Source: Squalus acanthias (taxonomy: Eukaryota). From it: a DNA stretch of 64,000 nt. This document shows, piece after piece, positions 24,961 through 38,439 of the stretch. A program made the translations under genes and the position numbers. The notes under the pieces were generated by a model. It made no database searches, was not told where the DNA came from, and saw nothing but the letters and a program-made list of their open reading frames with translations. Position 1 is the stretch's first letter, and each line of letters starts with the position of its first letter. The stretch is from NCBI GenBank assembly GCA_030390025.1, contig CM059434.1, positions 44,020,001-44,084,000 on the forward strand. The letters are read 5' to 3'.

Positions 24961-26336
24961 CCTGCCTTCAAGAGAGGAGGCGGAAAAACTGGGGGGAAAA
25001 AAGGAGTTTGTTTTACAAAAAAAATAGTTAATATTGCTGCTAGCTGAGTAGTGACAATCTTTAGACAATGACATTGACCTGTCTAGTTGGCGACAATTCT
25101 GTAATTCTCTGGCAGTACCATTCTCTCCTCATTTTGACCTAAACTGTGGCAGGGCGCAAATCTGACATAACCTTTTTTTTGGAAATGATGCACCTGCAGG
25201 ATCGATCATATTGATAACCCCAGTAAAACTGTGCAGTGGGTTCAAGCTCTCTATGGCTCCAGGATTTTGTTTCTAAATATTCCAGAGGCTCTGAATGGAC
25301 TATATTCGGTGGTGCACAAATGAAGAGGTGAAGGTATTGAAGCGTGAACAATACCAACCCTGAACTGTTTGTGCACTGCTCTTCAGTTCCTTTGAGTGCT
25401 TCTGGCTAGGCTTCATTACCTCAACTAAACAAGCTCACAAAAGCCCTATGAAGACAGGGATTACTTTGAAACACTGTTTAAAGGAAGGTCCCCTCTTTCT
25501 TTTTCTTTTAGATTAAGGGTGTGGTTTGAATCCGTATTGTGTGTATGTGTTTGTGAAGGGGTGAAAGGGAGAGAGAAAAAAATAGAAGAGAGAAGGAGAA
25601 GGATGACCGCATATATCATAATATTTGCTTTTCACTGAGTCCAAGTTTAAACAAAGGAGGCTAACTAGGCAGCACTGTGCTCCCAGTTCAGGGCTAAAAG
25701 AACTGCACATAAAAGAATTTCACAAACAGAACTGTTAAACATTAAAGTTTAGTAAATTCACAGTATGAATCAGTCAGAGGCAGTTTAGAAGCTGTCCAAC
25801 TCACTTTCCGACCATCTGCACTGAATGTGCTCTGTTAAAATAGAACCATATGGAATACAAGCTAGCAATTAACACAGCTTCTGCGCGTTCCACTAATACA
25901 GCACAGATTTTTGACTTTTCAGTAAATTCGGCTGCTGAATTCATTCCATACTGTGGTGCCTGCAACCTGGCAGCTTTCACTCATCTCAGCCTCAGCCCCC
26001 CATGCCAGGCAGAGATGAAGCACTAGGCAAACGTTTCTGCTTCAAACCAAAATAAGTTAAATTCATAGATCATTTTTTTGTTTTTCCTTAAATCCTTCTC
26101 CCCATGACTGCATTCAGTTCTTACCTGTCAAATTATGATACTGACATTTTATTAATTTATCTATATCTCTATCTCACTTTCTTTATATATTCCCTCATTA
26201 TATTTTGTCTAAAAACAAATCTAGATTTTCCCTAAATTTTTCACATCGCTGACTTTTGAAGATTTTTTTCTTCACATTTTCCCTTCATCATAGGTCACTC
26301 GCTATCACAGATTCTTCTCTTCATGGGAAGTGGGAA

Positions 26337-26445
26337 TGGTCTGGGCTGCGGGGATGCTCTGGGCTGCAGGACTGGTCTGAACTACGAGAATGGTCTGGGC
26401 TGCGGGAACAGTCTGGGTTTGTGGGATTGGTCTGGGCCGGGGAAG
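26337..26445. repeat. 18-bp minisatellite x6 (tggtctgggctgcggga(a/g))
   Basis: Six units read directly. Confidence 0.85.
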
Positions 26446-26624
26446 TCTCCATGACTTTCACTTGCTGTGTTTTACAAATTAGGCAACAGTGAGATTTGAG
26501 ATGGGGTTGTGGGAAGCTGGTTGGCGTTAGGCTTTTCCCTTTGTCTCCTCGTCTCTTGATGGTGCTCAAACTAGACGCCCACCTAAGGACTGACAGAGGA
26601 AATCATATCTGAGCGAAAGATTAG

Positions 26625-27516
26625 GGGGGAGAAATTCGGTATCGCCCCGTTTGGGGCGCAATTATTGGCCGGGCGCAAAGTTTAGCACCTGGCGCTAATT
26701 ATCGCCTCCGACTGCAAACTTGTCTTCTATCGCCCCTGGAGGTGATTGGAGCGTTAAATCAGGCGCTACACACCTCTCTTAAGGTGCTAACGCCGAGGAG
26801 TGAGGCACTACCTCAGAGCGCTGGCGAAGCTCATGTGATGTCAGTCAGCAATGGAACACAGACACACTGGCACCGGCCAGTTCTTAAAGGGGAGGGTCGA
26901 TCTTGCTCTCCATCCACACCCTGCTCATTGCAGCCTTGAATCTCGGCCTGGAGAGACCTGTACATCAAATCTGTTGGAAAGAACAATGGAGAGGCCCAGG
27001 GAAAGAGCTCAGAATGCAGCCCCCATAGTCTCTTCTAAATCGATGCAAGGAAGATCAAATCAAAAAGAACCCGCAAAATGCTGCTCAGTACCCAAAACTC
27101 CTCAACACAGCTTTGAATATCTCCTGCAGTCTCTCTCTCTCACTCAGAATGCGTGGCGGAAAAATTTCGCCAACAAAAAAAGGCAGGAAGCGGTCGCCTT
27201 TAAATAGCGCTCCCCCAGTCCCTTCCTGACTGCAAAACGCTTCCCTCAACCTGTCATTGCTAGCGGCAGGCGGTAAGACAGGGGGCGCCACTCAATATCA
27301 GGTCCGGGGCACTACCGGGGTGTTGCACGCTCGACTGACATCACGATCTGCGGGCGCAGGAGATCGTGGCGGTAGTGTTCAGCGCTGCCGCAAAATGTCT
27401 AGTCAATTTCATGAGCGGCGCAAACATCGCCGCGCCCGGGCGCTAGTTGCTTTGCGCCCCATTAGCGCCCTCTTAAGGCGCTAACGGGAGGCGCAAACCA
27501 ACCAAATTTTTCCCCC
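26625..27516 (-). mobile_element. Harbinger-type non-autonomous element, complete
   Basis: TIRs gggggagaaatt / aatttttccccc; 3-bp TSD TAG; right end is the reverse complement of the left end of the 2549/9044 elements. Confidence 0.88.
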
Positions 27517-27611
27517 TAGGTGTCAAGTCTTCAACAACTTGAGCTGAAGCTGATTGCGACAGGCCAGCATCTTCTGCATCATACATTATTTCTATGTCAA
27601 ATCTTTGAAGC

Positions 27612-27860
27612 TTCCCTATGAAGCTAGCCCTTCTCTTTTAAACCATCCCTACCAATAACACTAACCATACTCCTATAGACTAACCCCTACCCATGAAGCT
27701 CACCCTACTCCGATGGACCAACACCTACCTATGAAGCTAGCTTACTCTTATAAAGCACTAAATTTAAGCTTATAAACCAAGCACTACTTAATAAGGGAGC
27801 CCTGCTCTTATAGACCAACCTATACCTATGAAGCAAGCTATGCTCTTATGATCCAAATAT
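27612..27860. repeat. About 38-bp degenerate minisatellite (cctacctatgaagctagccctactcttatagaccaac)
   Basis: cctatgaagc and ctcttata recur at regular spacing. Confidence 0.75.
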
Positions 27861-28944
27861 GCATTTGTATACAACAGTGAATCAATATAACATTCCTGTA
27901 CACTCACCAATATCTATACACTAAACCTTCACAGCTTTAGTTCTTCTCCTTTTGAACGCCAACCTTCCTTGTTGCACAAGTATGAGGAAGATAATTCAAC
28001 GCAAAGTTTCCGTTTGGTTCTGTTTACTTAAAGCATATTGTACTTCATGATATAAAACTTGTTTGTTTAAAAAAACAACTATTTTGAGCACACCCAATCA
28101 ATGTTTAAAATGATTAGAAAACAAGCTGTGGATCTCTGACCAGGCAAAATCATTGTGCGCTTATCTGTCACCAGACTGATAGCAGTAAATAATAGTTCAG
28201 AATGTACAGTAACAGTGAATGGAGTGTAATAGTGTTCAAACCTTTGGATGGTAACTCTTGGCTTGGGCTTATCATCCTGGTGCCTTTCTGTTGCAAACAC
28301 TGATACATATTGAAAAATATTTTTCTGGAACATTTTCAAATAGTGTTTTTGTCAATGATTTTTTAGATGTTTTGTGTTGTAGTGCACCCTATTTTTCCCC
28401 TTCCCCTAATCTGTATATTTTTAATGCAAATAATTTACAAATATATGAAAAGAAGCAACAGGAAATGTACTTATCAAACCTCAGTCAGCATGTACCAACT
28501 GACTTTTACTAGCACAGTTTTCTAATTTTAAACATTACAACTTGTATCTTTTTTAGTCATCTCTCTCTTGAGCTATTGCTGGTTAAACTTAACATAATGT
28601 GTAACTTCCTCCTTTAGTTTTGGGGGAGGGGGCCACTGACAGTGGACGACAACATCTCCCAGTCTCCTTAGCCGTCATATTCAAGGGATTGAAATGAAGA
28701 ACAATGGCAGGGGAGATGGTGGCAAATAGGCCGATTTGACTTTTTCAGGTGTTCACACAATAAAGCACACTGCAGATTCTCTCAGTCAATAGCAGTTCAT
28801 GCATCGGGACCTTTTCAATTGCTACACAACCCCAAACCCTGAAATCTCACCATGGCCTTACATTTCCCAGGCTTTTCTTCAGAGGTATGTATCTATTTAG
28901 TCTGCTTAGATTAAAAAAAAACCATTTATATAATGTACAATATC

Positions 28945-29325
28945 AATTATTGGCACTGCAGTGCAATACAAGAGGGTGCTGTAGTGTCAGAGATGCAATC
29001 TTTCAGATGAGGTTTGAAAACAATGCCCCACCTGCCTGTTCTGTTGGTTCTGTTGGTTGTTAAAGCTCCTCCGGCACTAGTCAAAGCAGAGCAGGGAGTT
29101 TTCTTGGCCAACATTCCTCCCTCAATCAACACCAACAAAAACAGATTAACTGGCCATTCATTTCACTTCTGTTGATGGAATCTTGTTCTGTGCAAAATGG
29201 TTGTTGCATTTGCCCACATAACAACAGTCACTGCACTTTTAGAAAGTAATTCACTTGTACTTGACATATTTTGAGATGTTTCTAAGAGAGGTAATAAGGT
29301 GCTGAATAAATGCAAGTTTTTTTCT
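28945..29325 (+). mobile_element. Deu-domain SINE
   Basis: Core ctttcagatgaggtttgaaaac...gcagggagttttcttggccaacatt; tail aataaatgcaagt. Confidence 0.8.
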
Positions 29326-29809
29326 CTTTTCATATTCCAGCCCTCCCACATGAACTGTAGTTTCTTTGTAAAGTGTCATGTTCTAGCAATTGACGAGAAT
29401 TGTACAGACTCTGAAATAAATATTACAGCTCATTTCTCAATTCCAGCTGACATCAGATTTGATTAATTTGTTTAAAATAGTTTGAACTTTCCATCAAGGC
29501 TGAGACAAGTGACAGATGTTGGTGGTAGCCTGAGGTTTGAGAAGTCAGTTCATTCAATTAATATTTTGGGTTCACATTTTTTTCCAAAGCAATAGATCAG
29601 CTTCTTATGGTGCTGTAAAACTGCTCGAGACCGATACTTGCTTAGAGTCAGGTGGAGCCAGCAGTGCTGAATTAAATGGCCAGATCTGCATTGCTCTCTG
29701 GTCAGGCAAAATAGAGTTTAGCAGACATAGTTGTGTTCAAATGCTGGTTATATTTTTAACTTGGATTATCTGGGAGCTACATTACTCAAGTTTGCTTCAC
29801 AGACTTCCC

Positions 29810-29985
29810 TCATGGCTGATTGAGTAGCTGAAGTATATGGACTGGGATGTCCTAGGTTTGATCTCCAATCACTGCTGAGGTAGCTGATCTCAGCTGGGTT
29901 GGTGATAGTGGTTGTACAATTGGCCTCACTCCCCCAGCTTAGAAAAGGGAAAATCGGTCACGTTCCTGCTCCTGATTGCTGTTAC
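29810..29985 (+). mobile_element. SINE family B, 5' half (3' half at ~31350-31520)
   Basis: tagctgatctcagctggg...caattggcctc...ttcctgctcctgattgct; resumes after the CR1 with caggattgggctcag...aagagtcaacaccttcaggag. Confidence 0.75.
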
Positions 29986-29989
29986 AAGG

Positions 29990-31340
29990 TCACAAGTTAG
30001 ACACAGATCAGGAGGGCTTTTCTGTCCATCTTAACTGATACATATGGAAAAATCCTATAGTCCCACAACCATGGCATCCCACTGTTTCCTAAATAATTCC
30101 AGTGTTTTTATCTCCACCACTGTGCCCTCAGAAGTCCATTCCCTGTGTTGATCGCACTTTATGTGCAGAAGTTCCTGACGTAAGTTCGACATTTGTCCTT
30201 TACTATCTTAAGCATGTGTCCTTTGTCCTAATGCCACAGTTTATTTTGTAGTGATGCTCCAGTTGTACTTTTTCAATACTGTTTCCAGTTTATTTTTCTC
30301 TGTTTTATATACCTCTATGAGATCACTTCTCAGTCACCTCCTTTCAAAGCTGAAAAGCCAAGTTTCTCCAGCCTTTCCTCATAATTCAGTCCTCCTATGT
30401 TAGGGATCAGTCTTGTAGCTCTTCTCTGAATCACCTCCCTTGTGACTCAATGACCAGTACTGGACACAATACTCAAGGTGTGGTCTTACCAGAGCACTGT
30501 GCTGTTTGAGCATGACTTCCTGTATTTTGTACTCCACTATTGTGATTATAGTGGAGCTTTCTAATTGCTTTGTTGATTACTGCTCTGCAGTATTTAGGCA
30601 TTTTGAGCGTCAAGTCTATTAATGCTCAGACTTCTTTCAAATTCATCCTTAGCCATTTTGACATAATTCGTGGATTATACATAGATACATAGATACATAG
30701 AAGATAGGAGCAGGAGTAGGCCATCCGGCCCTTCGAGCCTGCTCCGCCATTTAATGAGATCATGGCTGATCCTCCAATTCAGTATCCCGTCCCCGCCTTC
30801 TCTCCGTAACCCTTAACCCCTTTTGCCTGTAAAAATATATCTAATTCCCTCTTAAATATATTTAATGAGCTGGCGTACACTGCCTTAGCTATTTCTTCTT
30901 CCTAAAGTACAATACTTCATACTTAAATCTCTATTAAATTTCATCCGTCACTGTTCCATTCACTTACGTATTTTGTCTAACTCACTGCATTTCTCTGCCT
31001 TCTCAGATTGAGCTGCCTCTCTTAGTTTGATGTCATCTGTAAATCTGACAAATATGCATAGTTTCTAAATCCAAGTCCTTTGAAACAGTTGACATCTCAA
31101 CATTGAACCCTGGGACCCCCAACCACCCCCGTGCCCGCCCCCCCCCCCTCCCATCAGCATAGTTCCTCTAATAAGTATATGCTTCTTTCTACCCTTCAGC
31201 AAATTTCTTATCCATTCTCAAGTTTTACTCTGAATCCCCACTTTAAGCTTAACTAGTAGCCTTTAGCGTGAAATGTTGTCAGCTGCTGTTTGGAATTCAA
31301 GCTACACCACATTGTAGAGCTTTCCATGGTTGTCACTTTC
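29990..31340 (-). mobile_element. Older CR1 LINE fragment inside a SINE
   Basis: Reverse complements of CR1 RT motifs: actggacacaatactcaaggtgtggtcttacc (VRPHLEYCVQ), tttgatgtcatctgtaaat (F.DD.KL), gaaccctgggacccc (GVPGS-like). Confidence 0.8.
30676..30886 (-). mobile_element. Younger CR1 3' end nested in the older CR1
   Basis: (atacatag)x3 tail followed by gataggagcaggagtaggccatccggcccttcgagcctgctccgcc. Confidence 0.85.
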
Positions 31341-33024
31341 TCATATGGTTGTCGGGTTACTACAGGATTGGGCTCAGATATCATGCTCCCCTCACACCCC
31401 TGCCAATGCTCACGCATGAATGATAGCCTCGAGTGAGGAATACGAAGGTAGCTAGTGCCCATGGAACCGTACCCCAACAAAGAGTCAACACCTTCAGGAG
31501 AAAAGGGCAGAAGAATATCTTTAAAAAAAAAAGTTTGCTTCACATCAACTGCAGTTGTACTGCAGCCAGAGCAAAGTCAAAGTGATGCCTGATTATCTCC
31601 TCAAGGCGACCTCACATTATTTGCAGCAACTAATCTCAATGACTTCAATCCAAAGTTATACTGCATGTAATTAACCTAGTAAATAATGCTCCTGGTTAAA
31701 AAGTACACTGCAGACTGTCCGTGAGCATACTTATACATATAGTAATATAACCCTCTCATGTACCGTGCACTGGGAAACACTTGCCTCAATATGACTTCAG
31801 TGCAGAAGAATCCAAGGACTCTGGATTCACTCAATAACAAATCTCATGACTTTTTTACTTCCCGCAGTCCTCTGTGCACGGGGTAAGGCAACAGAAGTGG
31901 GCAGATGTCTCAGCAGCATGGCATCAATGCCTGACTAATGTACCCAGTGCCCTCTGCCGCAACTCCTATTATCATCCAGATAACAACAGGTGCCCGCTGA
32001 GCACTCATATTCAGAGACAGTACCATTGTTCTTTGCTTATAAGAGGCTTAGCTTTATCGATAATGCTACTTTTACCTCACCGTGAGAATAGTATTTTGCA
32101 ATTGGCTAGTTTTGTTGGCACCTCTCTCACAGGTATGATGTCAACAATGCTCTGTTAATGGGCTTTGAATTACATTTTTTGAAGTTAGTATTACAACTGA
32201 GTACTTATCATTAAAATATATAGAAATCTAATCATTGCAAGCTGAATGCCAATATCATATTCTATTAAAAAATTGCACAGTGAGTTACATTCTACTTAGT
32301 AGTTACACTGTGCAAAGTCAAATGATGTTAAAAACGGAAGGAACTGTCATTTGGAAAACTATTACGAGACAAGAATGGAATAAATATTCCCTAATCTTAG
32401 TCCAGTTAATTCAGATATAGCAGTGGGGTTAATACTGCTGCCTGTCATCCCATCTTGTTCATAGGTGTATACTCTCTGGTCACAAGCCTCACCCCTTTGA
32501 GTTCATTCAGATATAGCAGGGTACTTGCCGATCTCAACCATTCCCTCCCTCTCCATCCACATGCACACTGGCAGCGGAGTCAATGATCCCTGGTCTCAGC
32601 CCCTCCCCTGCCATGCAGCTCATTAAGAAACAAACTGTTCTAAGTTGTAATGGAACTGATAACTGCATCCAAATGAAACTTTTCTCCACAAGTCTGGTAA
32701 ACGCCAGCTGGCCAAGTCCCACTGATGTGACATTGTGAAAGTGTTTGTTTCCTCCTCCACATGCTCTGCTACAAACAAATACTTTTCTGAATCAACTGCC
32801 AACAAAAATAGCAAAACTTTCAAGGAATGAGATGGGATCAAATGGCACTTTCTCTCACTGCTCTCCACACACTATCAAGAGGCGGCAGTTAACAGGTTAA
32901 TTGATTGTAAATGAGTACAGAGGGTATATCTCATGAACCCTCTGATCTCTGCGCACTCAACTTCAAACACCAGCTGAGAATCTCCCATTAAGAGATTAAC
33001 TGTACATAGACCTGCCATTTTTCT

Positions 33025-33365
33025 CACTGATCTCAACTCCTATACATTATTGGTCTGTTATTGATCTCTGCTTTATACAGCACTTGTCTGTTATTGGTCT
33101 CTGCTCCTATAAGTTAGTGGCCTGCTCCTGCTCCCTGCTCTATACAGTACTGATCTCCGCTCCTATATGATACTGATCTGTTACTGAATTCTGCTCCTGT
33201 ATAATATTGGTCTGTTACTGCTCTCTGTCCCTATACAATATTGGTTAGTTATTGATATTTGTCTCTATTCAATATTGATTTATTATTGATCTCTGCTCCT
33301 ATACAATATTGATTTATTACTGATCTCCGCTCCTATACAATATTGGTATATTACTGATCTCTGGT
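33025..33365. repeat. About 34-bp minisatellite (ttactgatctctgctcctatacaatattggtctg), ~10 units
   Basis: Units are read directly; most homogeneous at 33280-33365. Confidence 0.88.
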
Positions 33366-34118
33366 TTGTAATTGTCTCTATGATCTCAACGCCAGCCTGA
33401 GTGTGCTTGAAAACCAATTTCTCCTTGGTGCAAAGAGATAAGTGAAACCTGACTCTACATTTCACAATGCATGTGACAGGAAACATGATATTACATGTAG
33501 CCTGATCTAATTCCAGCATCAATGTTGCTTCCTAAAAATACAGAAAGAAAGGAGGAGCAGAGAGAACACAGTGTCCTTGGGTCAGATAAATAGAGTAGAT
33601 CTCCAGCTGAGTGCAGTAACTGGTACTCACCTGAAGAGGCGCAGGATCCTTGAGCTACAGAGAACTGCGAAACATTCAGAGTGAAGGTTGTGGTGGGATT
33701 ATGAATTTCTCTGTGCAATGCGATGCTCATTAGCAGAGGCATGTCTGGTATGGCTCATACTTAGCCAGACAGATACCTATGGGCCAACGAGCTCCACTGA
33801 AATATCATTAGCTATTCAGAGTTTCCACAATGGCTGTGTCAGTAAATGTGGAACTCAGTCGGACAGACCAGGAACATCCCAGGTTCAGTCCCCAGTCTCT
33901 TCTGAGTTAGCAAATGGGCGAAGGAGTCAGCCCCTCCAATCGGCCAGCTGCTCGAAATGCACAAGCATCTCACCAATGGAATGGTAATGAGGCCCGGCCA
34001 TAAAGATTGGTTGGCCCTCTCGCCAGTGACATCAGATGGGCAGGAGGCACACTTTGCCCAGCACCCGCTCAATGTCTGTCAAAACCAAAAATGGGCCCCA
34101 TACACTCACGTACACATA

Positions 34119-34557
34119 GGGGGACATTTTAATCCCCTGCGCTTGGTGGAAACAGGGCAGTAACAGAGCTGAAATAGAGATGGCAGACTTACCGCCCCGT
34201 GCCCATTCTGACGCTATATCTCCCTAGGCCTTCTGCTGGGTGGCTGAGGCCCCTTCCTGAATCAGGCAGGAGCCTCATTAATCTATGAAAATCGGGGTCC
34301 TATGACGATGCCCACCTGCAATCATGACCCCTTCTAACCTACCTTTTTTCGAGCTGGATCGGCCTCGGGGCCAGCCAACATTGCAACGGGCCGGAGCTGG
34401 TGAGTTGCATTGTGACCCCCGTTTGGCACCCGAGGCCCGCAACATATATCTTAACGAGACCCAACCATATAAATGGATCAGGCCTCCCACTGGCACAATC
34501 GAGCGGCCAGCTGGCGAGCTCTGACAATCGTTCCGCCAATAGTTAAAATCTACCCCC
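34119..34557. mobile_element. Harbinger-type MITE
   Basis: Ends gggggacattttaa...ttaaaatctaccccc; interior resembles 6056-6591. Confidence 0.7.
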
Positions 34558-34669
34558 TATATTCGTACATATACACACAAACATATATTCATTCACACAC
34601 ATATATACACGCTCATATGTGCAAGCACATACACAAGCATTTTCAAGCAGGGGTGACTGGATTAAGAGC

Positions 34670-34850
34670 AGAAGTCCAATTTCCATCTGATTTTTTTTCC
34701 ACCTCCATAACCTGAAGACATTGAGGAGAACTATAGCACTTCTACCATTGCCTCAGTGGGGAACAGCTAACAGAGATTGAACCTAGAACCCTCCTGATCT
34801 GTATGGCTCAGTACTACACCAGGCAGTGCATTTACTCACCGAGCCATTGA
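34670..34850 (-). mobile_element. SINE family B head
   Basis: gatctgtatggctcagtactacaccaggcagtgcatttactcaccgagcca. Confidence 0.75.
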
Positions 34851-35391
34851 GGGAGTTCAGGCAAACATCCTTTAACATATAATACATGATAAACACCTAA
34901 ATCTGCTAAGTTTTATGTTGTTACCAAGGATCAGTCTATACAGAAGTTTGGAGTCAAATTTAGATTCAATTTCCTCCCCACGGGAAGCAAAATGTACCTC
35001 CAATTGCAGGGCTCTTTATTATTTTTATGCATTCAATCAGGTTGAAAATCAATGAGATTCTGAGGGATCTGATTCATAACACACAGCTTAACTCCCGTGT
35101 TAATGCTTATCAAAGCGCTGCATCATATTAGAATGCATGTGTGTTGAGAAGTTGGAAGAGGAGCACATTATTTCCAGTGGATTATTTCCAAGCAGTTGCA
35201 ATATAACAAAGCCATGTAAATCCTTAAGCTTAAAACGCCTCGTAATAATAGGCCAATTTATCTACAAATTGTAATTGCAGCAGACCCTTTCCTTAATCTT
35301 TTCTCTTGCATCCAAGAAAACAAGAGACTTCATATTGAGGCTTGTACTGCTGAGATGATATTTTGTACATTCTTATGTACTGATATGACAT

Positions 35392-35885
35392 GTCTTAACT
35401 CGCACCAGGTCCCGTTCACCCATCACCCCTGTGCTCGCTGACCTACATTGGCTCCCGGATAAGCAACGCCTCGATTTCAAAATTCTCATCCTTGTTTTCA
35501 AATCCCTCCATGGCCTCGCCCCTCCCTACCTCTGTAATCTCCTTCAGCCCCACAACCCCCCCCTGAGATATCTGCGTTCCTCTAATTCTGCCCTCTTGAG
35601 CATCCCTGATTATAATCACTCAACCATTGGTGGCCGTGCCTTCTGTTGCCTGGGCCCTAAGCTCTGGAATTCCCTGCCTAAATCTCTCCACCTCGCTACC
35701 TTTCTGTCCTCCTTTAAGACGCTCCTTAAAACCTACCTCTTTGACCAAACTTTTGGTCACCTGCCCTAATTTCTCCTTATGTGGCTCGGTGTCAAATTTT
35801 TTGTCTTATAATACTCCTGTGAAGCGTCTTGGGACTTTTGACGATGTTAAAGGCGCTATATAAATACAAGTTGTTGTTGTTGTTG
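35392..35885 (+). mobile_element. L2 LINE 3' end
   Basis: LHWLP...DFKIL...APPYL...LRSS...GGRAF...LWNSLP...LKTYLF; tail aaaggcgctatataaatacaa(gtt)n. Confidence 0.93.
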
Positions 35886-36184
35886 ATAAGGGAAACACAC
35901 ATTTGCTGTATAGTTAGTTGTGTCTATTCGAACAGTACACTGCAATCTTGGAACATTGTCATACCCATCATGAAGCTGCATTATTTGCTTACATTTCCCG
36001 TATCTTGCGGAAGAAGTTGATCCCTTTGCTGCCATCAACACTAATTATCAATACATATCCTCGTTCATTTTTGTAAAATGAATTCATTTGTAAAACCCTT
36101 TCCCCCCTCCCTCCTCCAAGTTGAGTTGTGATTTTGTGGGCACCAGCCAACCTATCCTGCCTCCCCCCCAACTGGCCTTTATTC

Positions 36185-36375
36185 ATTTGTGAGCTTTGTG
36201 AGTGAGTGTAGTTAGGCTTTTGGCCATAGCTGATTTTTTTTCCCCGCCTTCTCTAGCCTGGGAACACTGAAGCCAATTGTAATAACCTCACCGCTATCCC
36301 AGCTGAAATCATTCAACTCAGCACAAACCAGTGCTCAGTGCAACACCACGTGAAGTGTATGCCCACTGAACCAAA
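36185..36375 (-). mobile_element. SINE family B fragment
   Basis: gctgattttttt...ctagcctgggaacactgaagccaattgtaa...aactcagcacaaacca. Confidence 0.65.
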
Positions 36376-36490
36376 TTGGAACTCCTATTAAAGAGCTTTC
36401 AATGTCCAATGTCCTACTTCTCCCCCATAAACTACCCTGTCCCACTAATCCCCCATTGGCAAATTTCCTTCTTTAACTGGATTGGGTGTA

Positions 36491-36885
36491 CTCTTTTGGT
36501 TTGGGTGCTAAAACAAATAATCTCTAACTAATAAAACTTTAAATAAAACTTAACAAATTAAATTTAAATTTTGTTGGCCGGGATGATGATGCACTCCAGT
36601 CCCCGCGGCGCCCACCGGTCGCGGAAGGCCTCGAGCGTGCTGGCAGACACCGCGTGCTCCATCTCCAGGACCACCCGGGTGCGAACGTGGCCGCGGAAGA
36701 GAGGCAGGCAATCGGGCCGAACGACCCCCTCGACCGCCCGCTGCCTGGACCAGTTAATGGCTACTTTGGCCAGGCCCAGGAGCAGTCCCGCGAGGAGGTC
36801 CTCCGAACTGCCCGCTCCCCTCCACACCAGGTGACCAAAGATCAGGAGCCTGGGACTGAAGTGCAGCCAAAAATCGAGCAGCCAC
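36491..36885 (-). mobile_element. Tx1-clade LINE 3' fragment
   Basis: LLLGLAKVAI..SRQRAV...F...VR.RV.LE.E...F..RW, typical of the Tx1 ORF2 C-terminus; perfect 14-bp TSD ctggattgggtgta (36477-36490 and 36886-36899). Confidence 0.88.
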
Positions 36886-38439
36886 CTGGATTGGGTGTAA
36901 TTGCCACTGGATGACGAAATTGTCACTACCCTTGTCATTCTGGTTTGGTCCTGCAGGGGTCATGCTCCTGGAGGTCAGCTAGTTTATCTTGTTTCTCTCT
37001 CCACCCCCTCCCTCCAAGTTTAACGAGAGAAAATTGGAAAACAAATAGTTTAGAGTCCGTTTCTAAACTGCTTAGTTTCTAACACTGACTGAAGAAGAAA
37101 AAAAATCACTATTTGTTAAAACCTTAAAGTATTCGAGCTGTGTTTGCGCAATCAATGAAAAACAGTAGGTTAAAAAAATAAATTACAGCAATAAAAATTC
37201 CTCTCGAGAAGCCAACACCAGACTGGGAGAAAAAAAAACTAACCCCGAGGCTAAGCCGCTAAATAAGTTGTGAATTAATTTTTGCAAAGCACTCCCATAT
37301 TACTAAGGTGTGTTGAAAGGTGTCTACTCGTGTTTCAAATTAAACGCACTGCTGGTCAGCATTAGCACCTCGGTGCTGCAACGCAGCCACTTGCCTATAA
37401 CACTTCAGGGGCCGGGAAAGTACGTTTGCCATTCACACTGGAATAATTAGAACATGTCAAGAAGAATTAATTTCCTCATTTTTCAAAAGGATACACAGAA
37501 ATTACCATGTTATTATATGACAGGGTCCCTCGGAGAATTGTATTAAATTTAATTTCTAACGCAGCCCACACAACAAATTAAAGTCATAAATAAGATGGAA
37601 AGAAGCAGGACGCGGAGCATATGTTTATGGCAATGACTGAAGCCAAGGGACCAGAAACAACTATCTTCATTTCATTTTATTTAAATCAGCCAGACACTGT
37701 GTGTCTGAATGACAGCAATTGCTAATGGGTGCCGAGATTAGGCTGCCTGATACCAGGAAACAGAAACAGCCACTTATCCGATACTTAAACCAAACGTTTG
37801 ACAGCAACCCTGGGATCTGCCAGTACCTGGGCTCGGCTCACAGGCACTATTCAAAAGGGTTTGTTCGGTGCTGAGACAGTCTGTGCCCAACTAAAATCTG
37901 ATGGGGTTTTTAAAATAAAAAATCAGAGGAAGAAGAAAACTCCTATCGTTAGCCTGAGTGCTCCCTTGGGCATAACAAACTTTAAATAATTTGCGAATCA
38001 ATTAATTGGTTACTTGCTACATAATACAGATTTCACACTCCCAGGTCACTGCATCGCCGACATGAGAGGAATCGTAACATTTTTCAAAAAGTTCATGATT
38101 GAAATCATTAATTAATTTAAGTGATGCATTGCATTAAGCAGCTGTGGAGGTAGAGAGAGTAATTAGTAGTTTCTCGGCTATTATTATTATTAAATTCACG
38201 GCTGGGAGGATATTTTCTCATTTTCAGAAGTAAAAGCAGACTGGATAGAAATCTCTGTAGAGATTGTTCGATACATTTTGCTGAAGTGAATGGTTGAGAT
38301 AAGTGAATCCGGAATTGCACCGAGCCATTGCTGCGGGATCCTTTTCTTTTGCACACATTTTGTCCCCTGCTTGTGCTTTGGACCCCCATTTCTGAACTGA
38401 ATTTTGAGGGCACTGGCCCCCACTGTGGTGGGACTTCAC

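Noticed and set aside
27908-28020. Minus-strand exon candidate ending TTG|GTGAGT
   Set aside because: Stops in all three frames and a poor acceptor; at best non-coding, and within chance expectation.
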